DNA of 64,000 bases, taken from the IMG/VR virus record IMGVR_UViG_3300025889_017816, positions 55,475 through 119,474 of that record; one strand, 5' to 3'. A program made the position numbers and the translations under genes. This DNA is from a virus. Numbering within the stretch: position 1 is the first letter of the stretch; each line of letters opens with the position of its first letter. The notes beneath the pieces were generated by a model, which saw only the letters and a program-made list of their open reading frames with translations, was not told the DNA's origin and ran no database searches. Positions 58,648 to 64,000 of this stretch are shown piece after piece.

Positions 58648-58953
58648 CTAGTAAGAAACTCCTTGGATCAGCTCACGGTTCAGGAACACAGGTTCGAGAT
58701 TATATCGCTTTTGGTGACAGGCGATGCACACATATTTGCCCTCGGATTTGCGCATCACCAGGGAGTTATCAGCTCGCCTACGCCCCGTATAATGAGCAGA
58801 ATGTTTGGCACAGTACTGACACAATGGGCGCCCGTTTGCATGGCGGCGAATGCTCAGGCGCTTGTGAAACTCCTGGCGCTCCTGCTGCAGCATCATGCTG
58901 CTCCCAGAATCTGTGCTGCGCTGGACCCGCTTTCTCTGGCCTACCATCTTCAT
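58648..58953 (-). CDS. Basic zinc-finger-like early protein
   Basis: CQYC...CIACH; first gene of the array, directly after a repeat RBS. Confidence 0.7.
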   Translation of the reverse strand: MKMVGQRKRVQRSTDSGSSMMLQQERQEFHKRLSIRRHANGRPLCQYCAKHSAHYTGRRRADNSLVMRKSEGKYVCIACHQKRYNLEPVFLNRELIQGVSY

Positions 58954-59038
58954 GAATTTCTCCTAGTGAGATCTTGAATCTACATTAAATATAGCACCGA
59001 TGGGACCAAAAGTCAAGACCCCAGGCCTCAGGACCCCA

Positions 59039-59093
59039 GGATGAGAATGAGTTTCAACCTCAGGTAGGCGGATGAGAATGAGTTTCAACCTCA
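59039..59093. repeat. 24-bp direct repeat x2 (GGATGAGAATGAGTTTCAACCTCA)
   Basis: Identical copies at 59039-59062 and 59070-59093. Confidence 0.9.
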
Positions 59094-59229
59094 ACCTAGC
59101 ATTTTAAGGATAAAATTTGCATTTATCCAGGTGCGCTCAATTGCATTGGTCCAGGTGCGCTCCCACCTGCGCAGTCCCAGCTCCCAGGTCCCATCTACGC
59201 TGAGCACCTTACTACCGAGATCTATACTA

Positions 59230-59500
59230 TATCCCGCAGAGCTCCCGTAGCATTCCCGCAATAGTATATGCAAAAACATATATGTGCGTTCTACCAGGAG
59301 TCCCGCAAAATTTCCCACAAATATTCCCGCGCTTTTTTCCCGCGCTTTTCCCGCGCATTATCCCGTATATAATGCACGCATCCCATCTACCACGAATCCC
59401 GCGCATAATCCCGTATAGTATCCCGCATAACATTATTGCTATAATATATGCACACGTTCTACCACGGATCCCGCGCTAAATCCCGCACAACAACCCGCGC
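59230..59500. repeat. Iteron-like TCCC(G) array with ~11-12-bp periodicity
   Basis: TCCC at 59232, 243, 254, 301, 313, 325, 338, 349, 361, 381, 397, 409, 421, 469, 481 (ACCC at 493), all on one strand. Confidence 0.85.
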
Positions 59501-59671
59501 TGAATCTTACGGCGTGGGGGAATGCTACTCCCCCATAGCCCTTGATTTATACCCTTATAAATATTATACTTTGAGTACAGGACTTGCTTGCAAGTCTTCA
59601 GAACTTCAGAGCTTTCTTGCATTGCTCGTTTCTTTATACTGCTACTGGATACTATACAGGGATATTTTGTT

Positions 59672-60151
59672 ATGATTAAGAGTATATTGCGCGACTATTT
59701 TGCTCCATTATCCAAAGCTTCTGTTCCGTCATTATCTAACGGAGATTTAGCTACATCAATCTTTGTTGCGCGATATCTTTCAACTCGTAGTCGTGCTTCT
59801 AGAGCGCGTGTTGGGTGTGTTATATGGGATACTTCTTTGCGTACCATTGTTTCTATTGGTTATAACGGTACTGCTCCTGGAGCTGATAACACTATGGAAA
59901 TAGATAACGTTACATTACCTTCTGTGATTCATGCAGAAATTAATGCTTTAAGCAAGTTATCATGGGTGCAACGATATAAGCGCTCGTTAGTGCTTGTATG
60001 TACTCATCTTCCATGTATATCTTGTGCTTCTGCAATAACCAAAACGAAAATATCCCACGTTTACTACCTGGATAACTACGGGAGTTTGGATGGTTTGCGA
60101 TACTTGCGTTCGTTTCCTCATATGAAAATTACACGGGTTATACCACAATAA
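59672..60151 (+). CDS. dCMP deaminase
   Basis: RARVGCVI, SIGYNGT, VIHAEINAL, THLPCISCA; start moved to ATG 59672. Confidence 0.9.
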   Translation: MIKSILRDYFAPLSKASVPSLSNGDLATSIFVARYLSTRSRASRARVGCVIWDTSLRTIVSIGYNGTAPGADNTMEIDNVTLPSVIHAEINALSKLSWVQRYKRSLVLVCTHLPCISCASAITKTKISHVYYLDNYGSLDGLRYLRSFPHMKITRVIPQ

Positions 60152-60660
60152 TGTATTTCTTATACCAGAAAAATAATGTATTGTTAATATCTAGGAAAAC
60201 TGCTCGGGAGCTTGGTTTTGCACACGAGTTGTTGTCACGGTTTCATAAGATCCAGGATTGTATATCATATATAGGTAAATATTATGCTGGTATAAGTTAT
60301 GTTACCGATGCCACCGTGAAAAGCATCCATCATGGACACACGCCTGAGGGAAAGCAGCGTATTGCTGAGGCAAAGCGAAATGATAATCCAAACAAGTATG
60401 GTTTAAGTGAAGAGCACAAGCGCAAAATATCAGAAAGCATGAAATTGGTAAGAAAGCATACCGTTCATCCAATGCAAGATCGTAAGCATCGACCTATGAG
60501 CAAAGCAAAAACGGGAGATACTATGCGCAAATCTTGGAAAAAAGATCCAAAGATCTGGGTAGTATCTCCCGAAGGAAAAGAATACAGAGTATCTAAATCC
60601 TTTGTTTTACCCGAAGGATGGTCTCGTGGACGTAGTCGTAAGCCATATATGCGTTTATGA
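60151..60660 (+). CDS. NUMOD3-motif DNA-binding protein (homing-endonuclease-derived)
   Basis: HTPEGKQRIAEAK, LSEEHKRKISESMK, HPM.DRKH...SK.K, LPEGWSRGR. Confidence 0.7.
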   Translation: MYFLYQKNNVLLISRKTARELGFAHELLSRFHKIQDCISYIGKYYAGISYVTDATVKSIHHGHTPEGKQRIAEAKRNDNPNKYGLSEEHKRKISESMKLVRKHTVHPMQDRKHRPMSKAKTGDTMRKSWKKDPKIWVVSPEGKEYRVSKSFVLPEGWSRGRSRKPYMRL

Positions 60661-60677
60661 AAAACAATAACAATATA

Positions 60678-60830
60678 CTAAAGATTACCAATATTATCAT
60701 ACACGATATTGTCAGTATTGCTTTCACAAGCATCAAGAGAGTTTCTGAAAGTGCACTCATTTTCTACACTCCAATTCATGTGGGTACATCCCGTAATACA
60801 TAACAACATTAATAATATATATTTTTTCAT
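60678..60830 (-). CDS. Small lipoprotein, 50 aa (not in ORF track)
   Basis: MKKYILLMLLCITG-CTHMNW... signal peptide with lipobox. Confidence 0.5.
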   Translation of the reverse strand: MKKYILLMLLCITGCTHMNWSVENECTFRNSLDACESNTDNIVYDNIGNL

Positions 60831-60888
60831 ATTTTCTTTGACTCCAGTAAGTATAATAATAGAAACATTACAACGATAAACTTAACCA

Positions 60889-61287
60889 TTATCTTATAAT
60901 GCCGCGATCTGGTGTTGGTTTTGGCGACGGAGTTTCATCACCACCTCTTGGTCTTGCTGGTCTATCTGGACGAGGCATTGGTCTATCAGGTCTAACATCA
61001 GGTCTGGCATCAGGTCTAGGTCTCATTGGACCTTGTGGGTTCTGTGGTCTAGCATTAATAATGATTGGACCTCTTGGTAATATTCTTGGGTTATAATAAT
61101 ACCAACTATCCATATAAGGATATCCCATTGTCCATGGATACCAAGGATTCCAGTTTCTTTGTACTGTAGGCATTGTGAACTTTCTTACCTTTACTGGTTC
61201 AACATCGTTAGTAGGCATTTCATATAGATTAATTGTGCATGATGATGTAATTAATAGTCCTACGAGTATGAAAAGCGAACGTTTCAT
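60889..61287 (-). CDS. Pro/Arg-rich lipoprotein
   Basis: MKRSLFILVGLLITSS-C lipobox; RPD repeats. Confidence 0.7.
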   Translation of the reverse strand: MKRSLFILVGLLITSSCTINLYEMPTNDVEPVKVRKFTMPTVQRNWNPWYPWTMGYPYMDSWYYYNPRILPRGPIIINARPQNPQGPMRPRPDARPDVRPDRPMPRPDRPARPRGGDETPSPKPTPDRGIIR

Positions 61288-61296
61288 GTTATCCTC

Positions 61297-62109
61297 CTAA
61301 AATTGAAATTGTGTTCCAACCATGAATATTACTGGATTACTCTTTTTGAACCCTACTAATTCTGTTATCGGGTCAAATGTTTTATTTAATCTAAAATTGG
61401 TGTTTAAAACAAATCTATCGGTTAACTTCCAATCTAATGAAGTTCCATAATATAAATCTAAATTAGTATCGTTAAAATAAAAACCATTCAACTCACCAAA
61501 GTCATCTTTGTATATGCTGAATATGTCTACCAGTGCAAATATCTGTGGTGATATATCTATTCTTTGTGTTTCAAAGGTATAGGTATACATCAACATACCT
61601 CTTCCTACTATGTTACTAGATGCTGGTAAAAACCCATCCTCGTCTTCGTATTCTCCCCAAGTAGTTTCAGACACGTTTATATTGTATCCAAATGTGCCTT
61701 TTTTTGATGGGAACAATTCTATTAATGAAATACTAATATCTTTTTGAAAATCAAAGTCAGAAGCAAAAAATGCTTGTAGGGTAGAAATTTTATTATTACT
61801 TACCTTACTGATACCGTAACCAAACCCATAATAGTCCCATGCGGGATTTAAAGATGAAAGAAACGAGTGGCTCCATTTCCCACTTAAAGAAGACTTACTG
61901 TATCCTAGATTTAAGGTTGTAGATACTTTTCCATCAACAACGCCTATGGATAAATTAGAGGATGATAATACATCTTTTTGAAAATCAACATAGGACTCTA
62001 AAACATCTACATCGTTCCACTCAGAACTTTCATCAAACAACTCTTTGTCATTTGGGTCTTGTGCTGTTAAGGATGTTGGAATTAATAATAATAATAAAAA
62101 TTTCTTCAT
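61297..62109 (-). CDS. Secreted, probable outer-membrane beta-barrel protein
   Basis: Signal peptide, alternating aromatic beta-strands, C-terminal VGTQFQF. Confidence 0.6.
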   Translation of the reverse strand: MKKFLLLLLIPTSLTAQDPNDKELFDESSEWNDVDVLESYVDFQKDVLSSSNLSIGVVDGKVSTTLNLGYSKSSLSGKWSHSFLSSLNPAWDYYGFGYGISKVSNNKISTLQAFFASDFDFQKDISISLIELFPSKKGTFGYNINVSETTWGEYEDEDGFLPASSNIVGRGMLMYTYTFETQRIDISPQIFALVDIFSIYKDDFGELNGFYFNDTNLDLYYGTSLDWKLTDRFVLNTNFRLNKTFDPITELVGFKKSNPVIFMVGTQFQF

Positions 62110-62121
62110 GTATACTCCTTT

Positions 62122-63741
62122 TTAGAATGTTACAGAACTTCCGATCATCAAGTAATTTAATACTGGACTACCTTTTGATATCATCATTCTATATGCACCC
62201 ATTAGTCCAAAGCGTCTGGTAAAACTATATGCTAACCCAGACCCTACCATAGTATTTATTGTTCCAGATACGGAAAAACCAGAAACCGTGTTATATGATA
62301 TCGGACTTGTAATTAAAAATAACTGCGGTGACGATGAAAATCTAGATGTCAATTGAACCATTGGTGGCATATAAAACATGATAACACTGGTACCAAACAT
62401 TGGCTTGTATCCTTCTTCACCGTTCATTAACATGGTTAACCCACCAGCACTAACACCCCAAACACCACCTTTGTCATCAGGCAATACTTCGGTTCTGCTA
62501 GCCATCATTAGTATATTACCGTTCAAATAGGCAAACACACCTGAGTAATTGTAAACACCAAGAAGTTCTCCTTGAGATAATCCCATTTTTGTGTATGCAC
62601 CTGCCATGGCAAATTGTTGTAAATCACTCCATATTACAGCAGTTGCACCATAACTTTTATCACCCATTAAGGAACTTCTTGAAGCACCAACCGTACTAAT
62701 TGATGTTAAACTACCATCAGCATTTTGTCCTACGGTTAAGTTGGCAGCAACAATAATAGGGTTTGGTGTGCCTTCAGAACTTTCCTCAGATTCTTCTTCA
62801 CTAGATTCTTCAGATTCCTCACTGGATTCCTCACCAGATTCTTCAGAGCTTTCGTCTCCACCACCCTCATCACCACCACCTTCGTCACCGCCGCCACCCT
62901 CATCACCACCACCAGATGTATCTTCTGAGGAAGATGTATCACCACCCGAATCACTACTGCTATTAGAATCTCCACTACTAGAGTCTCCACTACTGCTACT
63001 ACTTTGTTCATTACTAGAACTACTAGAGCTACTAGATTGCTCGTTACTGGATGATGAATTTGATGATGTACTGCTAGACGATGAACTACTGGACGATGAA
63101 CTTGATGATGTACTGCTACTTGACGAGGTACTACTTGTTGATGTAGTATTACCAGACGAAGGAGCAGGAGCACTAGAAGTTGTTGGAGTAGGTGTAGAAG
63201 AAGCAGTACTACTTGCCGTACTTGATGCCGTGGACGATGCTGTACTGCTTGCTGTAGATGATGCTGTACTAGAAGCAGTAGAACTGGCAGCACTGGTTGC
63301 TGCGCTACTAGCCGCTCCACCTGCTGCGGAACTAGCTGCACTACTGGCTGCTGAACTAGCCGCGGAACTGGCAGCACTACTGGCTGCTGAACTAGCTGCA
63401 CTACTTGCCGCCGCACTAGCTGCAGCACTGGCTGCCTGGGTAGCAGCTTGTGTAGCAGCCTGGGTTGCTGTTTGTGTTACAACTGGATTATCTACAACTG
63501 GACATGGAACATATGCAGTTACTTGTGCAACCCATTTTTCTAAATCACCATTTCTTGCTTGTGTTGCTGTAAATATTTTGGATATACCACGATAGAAAAC
63601 CATTACACCAATGTTTTCCATAGGGAAGGTTGCTGTTTTTACTGTATTGTCACAAGGATCAATCCATGTAGAAACAACAACCTGTGCCTCTAGGTTATTT
63701 GCAAATAGTAAAAAGGCTAATGCAAATAATATCTTTTTCAT
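62122..63741 (-). CDS. Secreted protein with long Ser/Ala/Thr/Glu low-complexity linker and beta-rich C-terminal domain
   Basis: Signal peptide, (AASS)n, poly-Ser and (EESS)n tracts, C-terminal Phe. Confidence 0.7.
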   Translation of the reverse strand: MKKILFALAFLLFANNLEAQVVVSTWIDPCDNTVKTATFPMENIGVMVFYRGISKIFTATQARNGDLEKWVAQVTAYVPCPVVDNPVVTQTATQAATQAATQAASAAASAAASSAASSAASSAASSAASSAASSAASSAAGGAASSAATSAASSTASSTASSTASSTASSTASSTASSTASSTPTPTTSSAPAPSSGNTTSTSSTSSSSSTSSSSSSSSSSSSSTSSNSSSSNEQSSSSSSSSNEQSSSSSGDSSSGDSNSSSDSGGDTSSSEDTSGGGDEGGGGDEGGGDEGGGDESSEESGEESSEESEESSEEESEESSEGTPNPIIVAANLTVGQNADGSLTSISTVGASRSSLMGDKSYGATAVIWSDLQQFAMAGAYTKMGLSQGELLGVYNYSGVFAYLNGNILMMASRTEVLPDDKGGVWGVSAGGLTMLMNGEEGYKPMFGTSVIMFYMPPMVQLTSRFSSSPQLFLITSPISYNTVSGFSVSGTINTMVGSGLAYSFTRRFGLMGAYRMMISKGSPVLNYLMIGSSVTF

Positions 63742-64000
63742 TTTCTTAGTGCAGCAATACTATCCAAAGGAACAATGTGATCTAAGAAAGAATTTGTTTT
63801 TTCAGGAACATTAGGAAATACATATCCTGTAATTTCTCCTGTAGCAACAATCTCAATAATTTTCCAACAATGGGTTGGAACTGATAAACGATTTACTTTT
63901 CTTTCTTCACCAACACAACCTGCTTCAATACGAATTGTGTCGTGTTCTTCTGCAAGTTTTCTAGTGTAATCTTCTAATGACTTCCACTGACCACGATTCA
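63738..64000 (-). CDS. DNA/RNA non-specific endonuclease (NucA-type), C-terminal part; 5' end outside the window
   Basis: Hand translation NRGQWKSLEDYTRKLA...VPTHCWKII...GYVFPN; ATGA overlap with the next gene. Confidence 0.8.
   Translation of the reverse strand, partial: NRGQWKSLEDYTRKLAEEHDTIRIEAGCVGEERKVNRLSVPTHCWKIIEIVATGEITGYVFPNVPEKTNSFLDHIVPLDSIAALRK

Larger units (their letters stand above)
55108..59016 (-). repeat. Nine dispersed ~56-bp promoter-leader-RBS repeats (TTGAC(A/T)-17 bp-TATATT with GGTGC before the -10, then an ATTCAAGATCAC-like leader and AGGAG)
   Basis: Copies at ~55108-55163, 55384-55438, 55694-55750, 55960-56015, 56383-56438, 56633-56690, 57782-57837, 58588-58644, 58960-59016; divergent promoter-only copies at 54666-54694 and 56953-56981. 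Confidence 0.93.

Noticed and set aside
53809-58977. Many + strand and alternative-frame ORFs in the GC-richer block
   Set aside because: Expected when stop codons are rarer; the promoter/RBS repeats and coupled stop-start overlaps define the - strand frames.
55108-59016. CRISPR array or integron attC cassette array
   Set aside because: Intervals are roughly 190-1100 bp and protein-coding; the repeats are promoter+RBS units without attC-type inverted repeats; no cas or integrase gene is present.
59091-59675. Short ORFs across the repeat tract
   Set aside because: Translations simply mirror the TCCCG repeats and lack a convincing RBS; treated as non-coding.
62736-63595. ORFs 62741..63595 (+) and 62736..63428 (-)
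   Set aside because: Shadow frames of the low-complexity Ser/Ala tract in 62122..63741.
1-64000. Stop-codon reassignment, tRNA genes, self-splicing introns or inteins
   Set aside because: Genes are full length under the standard code with TAA, TAG and TGA all used as stops; no tRNA cloverleaf or interrupted core gene was seen by eye (tRNAscan/Infernal not run).

Overview
This is a 64-kb segment of a large T4-like (Tevenvirinae/Kyanoviridae-type) myophage genome, AT-rich except for a GC-richer block at ~53.5-59.6 kb. From left to right: (1) a baseplate/tail module (gp8, gp7, gp6, gp25, gp5 with an M15 peptidase domain, hub protein, gp53, gp48, gp4, gp2, gp54, gp26 with a probable -1 frameshift into gp51, gp29-like); (2) replication and late-transcription genes (gp32, gp59, gp33, SleB hydrolase, exonuclease, PhoH, FmdB, gp30 ligase); (3) a ~24-kb co-oriented biosynthetic island (six radical-SAM enzymes of which two are B12-type, five GT10-like 'TEK' proteins, four SGNH-like proteins, carbamoyltransferase, amidinotransferase, nucleotide-sugar dehydrogenase, methyltransferase); (4) metabolic genes (GuaC, DsbA, UvsE, APS-kinase fusion, PurA, IscA); (5) an array of small presumed early genes behind nine copies of a ~56-bp sigma70 promoter-leader-RBS repeat, in which one promoter instead drives a ~255-nt ORF-less structured RNA candidate; (6) a non-coding, iteron-like divergence region with twin Fur-box-like repeats; (7) dCMP deaminase, a NUMOD3 protein and a cluster of secreted/outer-membrane proteins. 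All calls come from motif recognition and synteny by eye; no database searches were run.
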